A stretch of 63,330 bases of DNA, the filler included, from Octopus bimaculoides (Eukaryota), in NCBI RefSeq assembly GCF_001194135.2. It is 4 parts of 3 records of this genome, joined end to end, with 100 filler letters (N's around TTAATTAATTAA, not from the genome) between each part and the next. Parts side by side here need not be neighbours in the genome. Positions count along the whole stretch, not along the records: positions 35,313 to 63,330 come from NC_068981.1; 3 more parts are not named here. One strand, 5' to 3'. Made by a program: the position numbers and the translations under genes. The first letter of the stretch is position 1. Each line of letters opens with the position of its first letter. A model generated the notes under the pieces. That model ran no database searches and had not been told where the DNA came from. It saw only the letters and a list, made by a program, of their open reading frames with translations. Positions 37,925 to 51,076 of the stretch are shown piece after piece.

Positions 37925-39414
37925 TTTAGGAAGAACACAGTCTGATGATCTTAGAGATACTTTCTTGTTTTTTTTAACTTGTTTGAGTCATTGGACTCCA
38001 GCTATGTTGGGGCACCACTTTGAGGGTTTAGTTAAACAAATTGACCCAGTACTTATTTTTTAAGCTTAGTACTTATTCAATCAGTTTCTTTTCCCAAACC
38101 ATTAAGTTACAGGGAAGTAAGCAATCCAACAAGGGTCATTAAGCAAACACAAAAACACACACACATGCACACACGTACATGCACGCACACATACATTGAG
38201 AAAGAGAGAGAGAGAGAGAAAGAAAGAAAGAGAGAGATATGCCAAGTTTCTTTCAGTTTCTGTTTATCACATCCACTCACAAGTCTTTAGTCAGCCCAGA
38301 AGACACTAACCCAAGATGCCATGCAGTGTAACTGAACCATGTGGGTAGGAAGCAAACTTATTTAAATACTCTTAACTCTTAGTTCAGGAGGAATGTTGGC
38401 CTGCTCACCAAGCCAGCAGATTAGAATCATTTGAAAGCTATAACAATGTGAGAAGGCATGTTGTGATCAGTGGTGTATAGCAATAATCAATAGTCTGCTC
38501 AATACAATGATATAGTTATCTATAGTTATAAATATAGTTTTATATATCTATATACAGGCATGGCTGTGTGATAAGAAACTTGCTTCCCAACCACATGGTT
38601 CCAGATTCAGTACCAACCTTAGCCAATTGTCTTCTGCTGTATCCTTGGGTCGACCAAAGCCTTGTGAGTGCACTGAAACTGAAGGAAGCCTATCATGTGT
38701 TTGTATGCGTGTGTGTGTGTATATATATCAGACTGGAGCCTGGTGTTGCCATCCGGTTTCACCAGTCCTCAGTCAAATCGTCCAACCCATGCTAGCATGG
38801 AAAGCGGACGTTAAACGATGATGATGATGATGATGATATATATATTTCTTTTCTTTTCGTTCTTGGACTCCCCAAGCTTGCACGTACTTCTTTGCCCCTC
38901 CTGTTCGTGCTTCACAGCGTTCAATACATACACNNNNNNNNNNNNNNNNNNNNNNNNNNNNNNNNNNNNNNNNNNNNNNNNNNNNNNNNNNNNNNNNNNN
39001 NNNNNNNNNNNNNNNNNNNNNNNNNNNNNNNNNNNNNNNNNNNNNNNNNNNNNNNNNNNNNNNNNNNNNNNNNNNNNNNNNNNNNNNNNNNNNNNNNNNN
39101 NNNNNNNNNNNNNNNNNNNNNNNNNNNNNNNNNNNNNNNNNNNNNNNNNNNNNNNNNNNNNNNNNNNNNNNNNNNNNNNNNNNNNNNNNNNNNNNNNNNN
39201 NNNNNNNNNNNNNNNNNNNNNNNNNNNNNNNNNNNNNGGTGGCAGCTGATGAAGGAGATGTTTCTATGTGGCTTGCTTGTTTGTTGTACCTTGTTTATCA
39301 TTTTGTCCATGTTCTTTTGCCACGTCATGTACCCAGTTATGTATCTATATGTACATGTAGATGAAGGTATGTACATACATGTACATATATATGCATATAC
39401 TCATATATTGTTTG

Positions 39415-39446
<32 letters not shown>

Positions 39447-39546
39447 TATATATATATATACTTCTAATATAAGGATAAAATTTTAAAAAATTTTTTTTAT
39501 CAGTGGCCAACATACTAAAATACCTTTTAAGGTGAAAATTATAAGC

Positions 39547-39984
39547 AATTATAAATAAGGGCAAAAGAAAAAAAATTTCTATGCCAACATGCTGAAGAAT
39601 AGACTTTAGATCATCTAACCACATACAATATTTTTCACTATAAATACACAGTGTGCTGAAATGAGGAAACCAAGCTGACAGAAAATTTTAAAATTCATTA
39701 TTCCCAAATCAAACTGATTTCTGGATTAATCCAAAAGGATTCTTCCTTCTTCAGCAAGAAACACTGCGTTTCTCACTGAAGAAGGAAGGATCCTTTTGGA
39801 TTAATCTAGAAATCGGTCCAATCCTGGAATAACGAATTTTAAAAAATTTCTGTTTGCTTGCTTTCCTTGTTTCAACATGCTGTGTTTTTATAGTGAAAAA
39901 TATTGTGTATGATTAGATGATCTAAAGTCTATTTTTTAGCATGTTGGGATAGAAAATTTTTTTCTTTTGCCCTTATTCATAATT
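39547..39984. mobile_element. ~440-bp near-perfect palindromic foldback element
   Basis: Arms 39547-39762 and 39768-39984 are reverse complements (AATTATAAATAAGGGCAAAAGAAA / TTTCTTTTGCCCTTATTCATAATT) around a 5-nt loop, ACTGC. Confidence 0.85.
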
Positions 39985-40223
39985 ATACATGTGTGTGTGT
40001 GTGTGTGTGTGTGCGTGCGCGCATGTATGTGCGTGTGTGTGTGTGTGTGTGTGTGCGTGTGTATTTCTGTGGGTGGGGGGCGCAGTACAAACTAGGTTGC
40101 AACTAAATGGTTCCATGTTCAGTTCCACTGTGTGGCACCTTATGCAAGTGTCTTCTACTCTAGCCTTGGGTCGACCAAAGCCTTGTGAGTGGATTTGGTA
40201 GACAGAAACTGAAAGAAGTCCAT

Positions 40224-40262
<39 letters not shown>

Positions 40263-41330
40263 ATGTGTGTGGGTGTCTTTGTGAATGTGCTTGTCCCCCA
40301 ACACTGCTTGACAACCTGTGTTGGTGTGTTTATGTCCCTGTAACTTAGCAATTTGGCAAAAGAGTATCAGATAATATTCATCATTTCAGTTGGTCATGCT
40401 TGTAAATCCAGTTGGAAAATGTGTAATGATGGTTGCTTCTGATAGGATCCTATGAAGGTGGTGCCTGAGGATTGTACCCCAACAACACACTCAGAAATAG
40501 TGTGTGGAGAAGGCATGCATATGTACATATATAACAGCTGTTGATTCATTAGACAAGTATAGCCATGGCTGAATAAATAAAATATATCCCTGCATTACAT
40601 GTGAGAATGACAATGGTTCTTGAATCCTGCTAGCAACATGTTGGAGGTTTGACATTCTTTCAAATTCTTCTGACTTCTTGGTTGCTCTGGATCATTCTGA
40701 TGATTTTTCCTGTGCATCTTCATATTCTTAAATAAACCTGAGCAATTTATACATATTTTCTGGCAGACAATGCATGAGGTTGGCTTCAGCATAAAAAGTC
40801 ATCATAATTTGTAAAACACACACACACACGGGTTTGGTTGACTGTGTGTGGTTTTGTATCTGATTATAAGAGTTTGGTTTTCATGCATGTTTTTGTGTGT
40901 TAATGTGCATGAGTGTATGCAAACGATACAAAATTTATGTATGTAAATTTGTTTGAAATAAACTCATGTGATTATAGTAGTCATACAGTTAAGGAGATTA
41001 AGTTCCAGCAGATAAATTCATATAACAAGACAAAGTTTTCTTAATCGAGGAAACCATTCTATTTTCATTAGTGTATCTAATTGGAAAACAGATACACAAT
41101 TCACTTTGTAAAGTAATCTGCAATAGAACTAGTGCTCACTGCAGGGAAGATTTATCTCTCATCCTCTTAAACAGCAATAACTTTACAATGTATTTCACAA
41201 AGATTGAGCTTTTTGTAGATAATCTATTTATCCAGCTTGGCTTGTGTTTATGTTTGACCATCACAATCAATTAGTATGACTTAAGTACAATTTTCAAATA
41301 TTGTTTCTTCCATTTTAAAGCAGAGAAAGA

Positions 41331-41372
41331 CACGCACGCACGCACGCACGCACGCACGCATGCACGCACGCA
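41331..41372. repeat. (CACG)n microsatellite
   Basis: Direct inspection. Confidence 0.9.
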
Positions 41373-41689
41373 CAGAGACAGAGTTGAGTTTTATTATACA
41401 AATGAAAGACAATAGAAAATGCCAGACATAGTAAAGGAAATTTTGGATAATGGGGACCTGGGGACTCTGAATACTGGAAAAAGATGAGAAGATCACTGTT
41501 TAAATGTTTTCGGCCTTAAGTTGTTGTTCAAAGCTAATTTGGGCTAAACAATAACAACAATCAGCAGAGATGTTGGCTTATTCTATCTTAGCACTGCCAC
41601 TGTACTGCATTCTAGTTTGAGATACTTAACTCTCAATGGTTAAATCCCTCTTCTCGAAAGTGGATGACAGGGCAATATATACAGGGTGC

Positions 41690-42120
41690 AACAGGTTTAT
41701 TATTATTTCCATTTCACACCTTGGAGCTCTCAATTTCACTTGCTCCAGTTAATTCTGTAAGAGTGGACATCAACCTGTTGTCAAAGGTCTCACAGGGTCT
41801 CTTTCTACAAATACCAATCTCAAGATCCTTGCTGTCCTCAATATAACAATATAATTTTACAAGCATGTTCTACCCTTATGTCAATCCCAATTTCTCCAAC
41901 TAATTTCTCAAACAGTGCCCCTGCAATTACTGGGATGACAGTTACTCTTTTCATTGCTGATATTTGTGCAATTTCATCTTTTAGTAACTTTCACTTTTCA
42001 GTCTTTTCCAGCTCTTTGGCACCAACTCATGCATCTCCAGATATGGCAATATTTATAATCTTGGCTTCCTTCTTCCTTTTCCACTACATCAATGTCTGGT
42101 TTCTGAACCTCAATCACTGA
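41690..42120 (-). mobile_element. 3' relic of a non-LTR retrotransposon with a restriction-like endonuclease (R2/R4/NeSL-type)
   Basis: Minus strand reads QKPDIDVVEKEE, then IINIAISGDA*VGAKELEKTEK*KLLKDEIAQISAMKRVTVIPVIAGAL. This is the PD-(D/E)xK RLE C-terminal pattern (KPD...D(I/V)A...EK..KY..L...V.VIP..GALG). Confidence 0.8.
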
Positions 42121-43336
42121 GTCACACTGGATTGTAAAACCATGCTAGGGCAGACTTTGCTGCTATTGATGCCATGTAAAAAGTATCCAGTCCACTTTGT
42201 AAAGTGGTTGGCATCAGGAAGGGCATCCAGCTGTAGAAACCATGCCAAGTAAACAAGAGAGCTGGCACAATCCTTTGGCTTGCCATCTCCTGTCAAACCA
42301 TGAAACCTATGCCAGCATGGAGGATGGACGTTAAATGATGATGATGATGAGGATGATGGTGTGTGTGTGTGTGTGTGTATGTGCAAGTGAAAAAAAGATT
42401 TACTTCCACACAAGAATGTAGGAGAATTGGTTTTGGGGTTAATAATACACCTGAGTCTTAAAACGAATTGTAGCTTTTAAATTTAAAAAAAAGAGAAGGG
42501 ATATTAATATAACATACTTGTCTCAATAATTTCTTTTTTTTTTACAATGGTAAATATTAGATTAAAAAAAAGTTTAAAAGAAAGACAATGCAGAAGAGAA
42601 AGTTCTAGAGTGATAAAACATCCTTAAAAATCAAATGTCCGATTGGTTTCTTAGCAAAATTACATGCTAAAAATTCAAATATTCAATAAGTTTCCCCCCT
42701 ATACAAAAATGATGGAAGTTCAAATCTGCTATAAATTTCAGACTAACAATACATGAGTGAAATAATGAAAGTTCATTAGGTTTCAAATCAATAAATTATG
42801 TTAACAATTAGATACAATAAAGATTTTACAGAGGTAAGAAGCCTGCTTCCCAACCACATGGTTCTTGGTTCGGTCCCACTGCATGACACCTTGGACAAGT
42901 GTCTTCTACTATAGCCTCATACTCACCAAAGCCTTGTGAGTGGATTTGGGAGATGGAAACTGAAAGAAGCTCATCAAATATATATATATGTATATAGATC
43001 TATGTGTTTGTGTCATTGTGTTTGTCCCCCACTACTGCTGAACAACTAATGTTGGAGTGTTTATATCCCCATAACTTAGCAGCTCAGCAAAATGAACCAA
43101 TAGAGTAAGTACCAGCTTCAACAAAAAATAAGTACTTGGGTCAATTCATTTGGCTAAAAGTTCTTCAAGGTGGTGCTCCAGCAGGGTCGCAGTCTAATGA
43201 CTGAAACAAGTAAAAGATAGAAGATGCAAGACAAAAGTTCTGTCATGCTGTGTGAAGAATTGTTCATTGTTTGCTTCACTTGCAGAACTTGAATTATGAT
43301 TCAAGCTGATACTGCTTTGCGCACACATGCGCGCAC

Positions 43337-43378
<42 letters not shown>

Positions 43379-43583
43379 GACAGAGGTTCACTTGTTTTTG
43401 TCCCACTGTTAACAACATTTACTTTTCTCAAGGTGAAGACATGTATTCTGCTTAAGGGTGAGTACTATACTCTCTTGGATTTATCAGTGAAATCATTGTT
43501 ATTGATGAGTTTTACATTCCAAGACAATTTTGGGAAATACAAGAGTATGGATAAACTATAAATGAAACATGTGAGCGACTTAC

Positions 43584-43644
43584 TGCAGCTCGCATCAGGT
43601 GGCTGGTGTTAGGACCATCATTTGGCACCAATTTTGGACCAATG
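43584..43644 (-). CDS. Candidate internal exon, unknown product
   Basis: Acceptor ATAATTTTGCATCAG|, strong donor GCA|GTAAGT. One open frame (IGPKLVPNDGPNTSHLMRAA). GC-richer than its flanks. Not linked to a gene. Confidence 0.3.
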
Positions 43645-45056
43645 CTGATGCAAAATTATTATTTTTATTATTTAATTGTTTTTCTAGGGGCTACTTTCTT
43701 GAGAGTTCCAATTATTCGAGTACAGGATAAGAATAAATTTGCTATTTGTCCGTCTCTGTCTATTTATTTATCTATTTACCACTCAGTTTGTCTAGCCATC
43801 CAGTTATTTCATGTATATGTGTGTATGTGGAGAAATGGTAGGGAGGAGGGAAGAGGGGGAAGGAATTGAGAAAACAATCACACATGTTAATACATGAAAA
43901 CTTGCTATTCCTTAAATATCTTGACACAACTGACAGATCTTTTCAGACACTCTCTATAGTTCTATCCATTCTATACATTTCCTCCACTGTAGCATGAAAT
44001 AGTTGATAAACTATCACATTTGTGTAACTTAATCATTATGGATGAGAGTGTGAAGCATTGTTAGTGTAAGGAGCAGGATTCTTCAGTTAGTTCAAGAGAA
44101 AGGCTTTGGTTTATTGCAACAACAAAGGGATTCTTTACAAGTATTTGTTTTGTGGTTGTTTATAAATAGCATTATTGGCTTTTAGGTTGATTATATGAAA
44201 CCTGTGTAGAGAAGATAGATATACAGTGTAACATCACATAAATAAGCTGAATGTGAAGTACATTAGGTTCACTGTGATTAACTAGAAGGCTTAGCCCTAT
44301 ATAAGATGAGTAATAGAATTTTTATGGCTGAAGCAACTGACAAGATATTTCACGGTATCTTTACATGATTCCAAGTTCAAATTACATCAAAGATTGATAC
44401 AATACTAATCATTTACATTATTAGTACATGGTTACACATTTACTGAGAAGGAGTTTATACTCTGTAAACATCTCACTTAATGACTTACATTAATTTTGTT
44501 AACCATCAGAATTTGAATTCAAATTGTAGAAAGTCACTAGTAAATGCTCTGTGACATTCATCCTGGCTTTAGACCAGTTCTTCCACTTCATGTACAAAAT
44601 AATGTACAAAGATAACGATAATCTTCATTCAGTTTTTAAATTGTTCATTTTGATTTCAGTACCTGTCTGAACATGCACGTGTTGTTGTTACTCTCTCTCT
44701 CTCTCTCTATGTAGAGAAAGATAAAGAGTAAAAAACAAAGTGGTCAAAAGGATAAGGTACTTTGCAACTTATAGCTACTTAGTTCTCTTGTTGTTGTTGT
44801 TATTTAAACATGTTTCTGAGAGAATCCCTTTGTTTTATATTTCTAACATCATCTGGTAGCCAGAAATAGACACAAAAGCATGTAGAAATATTACCTGTGC
44901 CAGACTCACATCCAGAACTGAGTCACTCTTATCTCTTGTGCACATCCCATCTTGAGAGTGTAGCTAAGCACTGGTTCACAACAATCTTCCCCCTTCTTAA
45001 ATCTCCCCACCACCCCATACATATTATAATAATAATAATAATAATAATAATAATCC

Positions 45057-45275
45057 TTTCTATTCTAGGCACAAGGCCTGACATTTTGTGGGAGGGGACT
45101 AGTCGATTACATTGACCCCTGTGTTTCACTGGTACTCAATTTATTAACTCTGAAAGGATGAAAGGCAAAGTTGACCTTGGCGGAATTTGAGCTCAAAATG
45201 TAGCGATGGGCAAAATACCGCTAAGGATTTCACCTAGTGTGTTAATGGCTCTGCCAGCTCGCCACCTTATTAATG

Positions 45276-45360
<85 letters not shown>

Positions 45361-45590
45361 CAACAACAACAAGAAAAATAATACTTTCTACAATAGGTAC
45401 AAAGTCTGAAATTTTCTGGGAGGGGTTAGCTGGTTACATTGTTACATTGACCCAGTGCTCAACTGGTATTCATCTCATTGATCCTGAAAGGATGAAAGAC
45501 AAAGTTAACTTCAATAAAATTTAGACATAGAACGTAAAACTGGAAGAAAGGCTGCAAAGCATTTTTGTCCAGCAGTCAAATAATTCTGCC
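45057..45590 (-). mobile_element. Two SINE copies flanking a long (AAT)n tract (~45276-45357)
   Basis: Reverse-complement copies of the 35.9-36.7 kb SINE family. Confidence 0.8.
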
Positions 45591-46229
45591 TTGAATAATA
45601 ATGATAATAATTTTAATAATAATTATAGTAATAACTTAATGGAAATCAGTGAAAAATATTCTCCATTGCTTGTTAATTATTCACTGAATTTCTGTCAATA
45701 TTTATTTATCTTTTACCATAACCTAGCCATCAAGCTATAACTCATTGACTTAAATGCGACAGGAGTTCATGGAGAAGAAAAGTTTGCTTTCCTCATGACC
45801 TTCTGTTTGTTTGTTAGCTAGCGTTTTTCTTTGTCGTTGATTGTGTTTTCTTATGGTGAAACATGACTGTGTTCTCTACCAAAATGCAATTGAAAAAATC
45901 ATTTGATCAAAAAGTTCAGTCATTTTTACTGCAATTACTGACACCTATCACTAGCAATGATTTTTCCATATGTAACACAGATGATAAAAATTCTGCAAGC
46001 TATTCTAAATCCATCACAATGTTGGAAACACTTTCATATTATCAGCAGGTGCTTCAGAGTCACAAATGTTTTGCCCCTTAGCCTGCATGCTTTGCCTGAG
46101 TGGATCAACAAGGAGGATTGAACTAGTTTTTGCCTGTGGAAGGGTTTCACTTGTATTCTCTTATCATCCATAGCCACCTTCAGTTGCTGAGCCTACCTCC
46201 TTGTCCTTTCCTTTTACTCTATAAGGTGT

Positions 46230-47322
46230 AATTACATTATGTTCGGCATTTTTTGCTTTATTAGTTCAATAAAGGCGACAAGGCAATGGAAAGTGCGAGG
46301 AATATTAATGCAGTAGATGGGGATTGGACAATAAGTGTAAGCTAGTGTCAAATGGTGGTTCCAGAAATTCTGAGCCAAGAACTGCAGCTTAGAAGATGAG
46401 CTGCATGCTGGAAGATCTGTAGAGCTCGATGAGGACATCCTGCAAACCCTGATGGAACAAAATCCCATCATAACTGTTGACAAACTAGCAGACAAGCTTG
46501 AATTTGGTCATTCAACCATTCATCAACACCTGCGTGCCATTGGAAAAATCAGCAAATTGGGTCAATGGGTTCCTCACAAACTTTCCGAGTCTAATTGTGC
46601 ACAGAGAGTGAATATGTGCTTTTCTTTGCTGTCACATTCCCAAATGAACCATTTTTGGACTTAATAGTGACTGGTGATGAGAAATGGGTTCTCTATAAAC
46701 ATGTCAAATGTTGAAGATAGTGGGTATGGAGAGGAGAAACACCGGCACCCCAGGCTAAAGAAAGTCTTCATCCATGTAAAGTGTTGTTATTTGTCTGTTG
46801 GGATATGAAAGGATTATTCTACTTTGAACTTTTAAACCCAAACCAAATGATAGCAAAGAAGATCTACTGTGAGCAGCTTGAGCAGCTTAAGTCAGCACTA
46901 GAAGAAAAACAATCATCTTTGTTTTCAAGATGAAAGGATTTCTTCCATCAGGATAATGCTCAGCCACATACAGCAAGGATGACATTCCAAAGGCTGGAGT
47001 AGTTTGAATGGGTAATGATGCTCCACCCCACTATATTCACTGAACATTTCCTCACCTGATTATCATTTATTCTGCAGTCTTCAAAATCATTTGGACGGAA
47101 AAAAATATAAATTCAGTAGATGAGGTCAGCACAGTACTGGAGAAGTATTTTTCATCATGGACAAGTGAATTTTGGAAGAGAGGTCTTGCAAGTCGACCAG
47201 ATAGATGGAAGAGTATTGTAGAAAATGAAGGAGAGTATATTTTAGATTAAAAAAGAACTTTGTTTATCTTAATTTTCCAAATAAAAGAGGTATAAAAAAA
47301 CACTCTTTATGGGATGGCCCAA
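46230..47322 (+). mobile_element. Degenerate mariner (DD34D) of a second family; left TIR not found
   Basis: Transposase motifs LGQWVPHKLS, IVTGDEKW, FFHQDNAQPH and ...NEGEYILD*. Right end ...CTTTATGGGATGGCCCAA|TA. The TIR differs from that of the 12.3-kb mariner. Confidence 0.88.
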
Positions 47323-47749
47323 TACTTCTATATTCCCAAGCATGTATCTACCACTCAGACTGTGGAGTCTACCTAACAAGGTAGGTCTTTTCCATTGCTC
47401 TTAAGTGATGTCTGAGTGTCTACCCTTCTTTTTGGCACTTTGAGTAAATTAATCACCACTGCAGTAACCCCAGTGAAATGTTTTTGCCCTATTTCCACAA
47501 TTTCTTTCAGGGTATTCCTAGTCTAATCTATGTGACAGTATAACCCCTACAACACCTTGTGGCAATTCTCAATCTTTTTCATTGTGTGGATGGTTCACTG
47601 CAGATCAAACCAACAGAAGGAAAGAACTGCTGATGCACTATGCATGGCAAATTAAAAATTAGCGGAACACTTCACATAAAGAGTATAATTAATATAAGAA
47701 TTATCTTACAAAGTTAAAATTTAGAAAAGTGTAGAAAACTATTACTTAC

Positions 47750-47933
47750 CTTGTTTTATTAATGCAAACATGTATAAGAAAATTACGACATGTTTCTCAA
47801 GATGCTCAAAAGTTAGTATTTTCTTAAGCATTAGAATACATTTTAAAAATTTTATGAGGCACCTAAATACCCCTTTCAGTGCACTAATTGAAAATGACTG
47901 CTCTATGGTTATTTCATTATATCTTATTACACC
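47750..47933 (-). other. Candidate exon (61-codon stop-free frame ending at a strong donor)
   Basis: Donor CAAG|GTAAGT at 47749. Open frame GVIRYNEIT...FEHLEKHVVIFLYMFALIKQ. The acceptor is weak and no family was recognised. Confidence 0.25.
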
Positions 47934-50900
47934 CTATTTCTATCAAGATAAACCATGTAATCCAAGATGTTAAATTGATATGACTTATATTCAGACTTCT
48001 TGCATACAGACCAAGCAAAGTTCCTGCTTGGATGCATGTGTAAATATCTGATCAAGTGAGATTCATTATCATCATTTAGCATCCATTTTCCATACTGGCA
48101 TGAATTGGAGAGTTTGAGAGGAGCTGGCAAGCTGGAGAGCCACATCAAGCTCCAATTGTCTGGTTTGGCATGGTTTATACAGTTGGATGCCCTCCCTAAT
48201 GCCAACCCCTTTACAGAATGTACAGGGTGCTTTTTTATGTGGAATCAGTACTAGTACTTTATACATGGCATCAGTATGGGTGCTTGATATGTGGCACCAA
48301 CATGTAAAATTATGCAAAAAAAATATGTGTACATGTATATGCACATTTATGGGAATGTAATGGGAAAATGTATGCATTGCAAACATACACACTTCATGAA
48401 TGTCAGAGCATATGTGAGTGTGTACCTACAGGGAATACATGTGAGTAAACAAAAAATATGCCTGGAAATAAAAATATGCAGAGGCATAGACTACATTATA
48501 AATACGTCAATGTGGTGATGAACAGAATTAATTATTTTTCGAGTTATTATTCATCAATTATCATTATTCACTCACTGTACACACTAATATGTATTAACTA
48601 CAATTGTAATTAGAGACAATTATGATTACAAATTTTGGCACAAGGCCAGCAATTTAAATGACAAGGGTAAATCAATTACATTGAACCCAACATTCAATTG
48701 GTGCTTATTTTATTGACCCCAAAGGGGATGAAAGGCAATGTTGACCTTGGCATAATTTGAACCCAGAACATATAAAGAACTGGGAGAAATGCCTCTAAAC
48801 ATTTTGCCTGACTCACTAACAGTTCTACCAGCTGGCCACCTTCTTTCCTGTCCATAATTATGTTTAAACATTTGTAGAGTAATATAGACACTAAATGTGC
48901 ATGTATGTAAGAGAATGCAGCAAATGGGTTATTTGCTTGTGCCTGGTGGTACTGGTTCTCACAATTAAATAACTGGTCCATATACAAGTTCTCTCTGATC
49001 ATTTCCCTTTGATTCTTAATTTTACATATAGGTGCAGACATGGTTGAGTGATAAGAAGCTTGCTTCCCAATTACATGGTTCTGACTTCAGTCCCACTTTG
49101 TGGCATTTTTGGCAAGTGTCTTCTACTATAGCCTTTGGCCAATCAAAGCCTTGTGAGTAGATTTGGTAAACTGAAAGAAGCCCATCATATATATATATAT
49201 ATATACACACACACATATATATGTATGTATATATATCTATGTATGTGTGTCTTTGCATCTGTTTGTCCCCCAACCACCACTTAACAATCTGTGTTGGTGT
49301 CTCTACGGTCCTATAACTTAGAGGCTCAGCAAAAAAAAAAGACCAGTACAGTAAGTACTAGGTTAAAAAAAAAAGTCCTGAGGTCAATTTGTTCAACTAA
49401 AATCTCTTCAAGAGCTGCCCCAGTATGGCCACATACAAATTTTTAACTGAAACAAGTAAATGATAATAGATATTTTAAATTTTTAACTCTTCAGAGAGTG
49501 ACCTCTGTTGTTCTTTATCATCATTCCAACAAGAATTTTGTACTGACCAATCAGAAGATAATGTTCTGCCCACCATGAAGCTTATTACTGCATGGCCTTA
49601 ATCAAAATAGTTGACTCAAGATTCAAGTGTTTAATAGATTAGATTAAATTTACAGTTAAAATGGTTTGCTTCTTACTGAATAAATTTAATCATTTATATA
49701 CTTCTGGTATTGAGTACTTTACTTCTATTTGTTACACATAATGTTTGTGTGTGTGTGACTGTGTGTGTGTGTGTTCCAGTGTACATGCGCATATGTACAT
49801 ACATACGTACGTATGCATATGCACACTGAAACACATGCATGCACACACATTGCACACACAAACACACACACACATAATACATACATACATAGAAATGTAA
49901 TTACAACAAACATAATTTGTTTATATTTGCTTTTATAAAGCTGTAGGCTTTTAATCTTTAGCAGATAGAAGATGTGGTAAGTGATCCATGATAGATCTCT
50001 AATAAAGGGAAAAAATTAGATTAATTTTCACTTCCATAAACTGTAGCTCCAGAAATTTATCCATGAGTTTTGTTTTCACAATAAGATTAAATAATATGTT
50101 TATTAAGCATGAAACTAAACGTGTTTATTAAGTCATATTTTACATGACCTCCATTCACATATTGATGGATACACACATATACATGTATGTGTGCATGTAT
50201 GTGTGCATGTATGTGTGTATGTTTGTGTGCGCACACATGCACATGCTATGTATATTATATATATATATATATATATATNNNNNNNNNNNNNNNNNNNNNN
50301 NNNNNNNNNNNNNNNNNNNNNNNNNNNNNNNNNNNNNNNNNNNNNNNNNNNNNNNNNNNNNNNNNNNNNNNNNNNNNNNNNNNNNNNNNNNNNNNNNNNA
50401 TATATATGTAAGAATGTAAACTTGCAAGAGTGAAAATATATAGGAAAGAGGTTTGAAAATGCAGAGGTCTTTTAAAGATGTTTATTGACTTGACTGGTTT
50501 CATTTTTTTAAAATAAGATTATCAAAAGTAAAATGTAAAGCTTTGTTGTGTTAAAAAATAGTTATCATAATTGTATTAAAATACTGTTATACAGTCTTTG
50601 AAAATGATAAAAAAATGTTAAAAAATAGAATCTATGACAATGAAATGATGAGAAAATGTTAAGAGGGGCTTTTTGCTTAAACAATTTACATGAAAGTGTT
50701 CAAAATAGGTAGTAAAATAAATTTATAATTATTTTAAGTTCATAAAAAATCATGGTTGTATATGAAGCATATATACAGAAGGAAATGTATTTAAGTATTT
50801 ATACAGAATTTTAGGGGAATGACCAACGTTTCCAGTCATCATCTTGTCTTGTAGTGTGGGTATGAGAGATGTTTGCTACTATTAAACATAGTGTGGGAGG

Positions 50901-51034
50901 TTGGTTGGTAGGGGAGAGCATTGTAGAATCAAAAGGATTTCTTTGTTTTTGGGACTGGTCTTAGAGTTCAAAATGGTGAGTGTGTGTGTTTCTGTGCACG
51001 TTTCTATGTGTGTGTGTTTCTGTGCACGTTTCTA

Positions 51035-51076
<42 letters not shown>

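Noticed and set aside
41664-42120. Hydrophobic plus-strand ORFs 41664-41846 and 41878-42120
   Set aside because: They are antisense shadows of the RLE LINE relic. Similar shadow ORFs overlie the Gypsy, RTE, mariner and Penelope sequences.
43433-43457. Plus-strand micro-exon candidates (43433-43457; ~49962-49976; ~31750-31860)
   Set aside because: Such splice-like motifs are expected by chance in 63 kb, and no plus-strand gene is otherwise supported.
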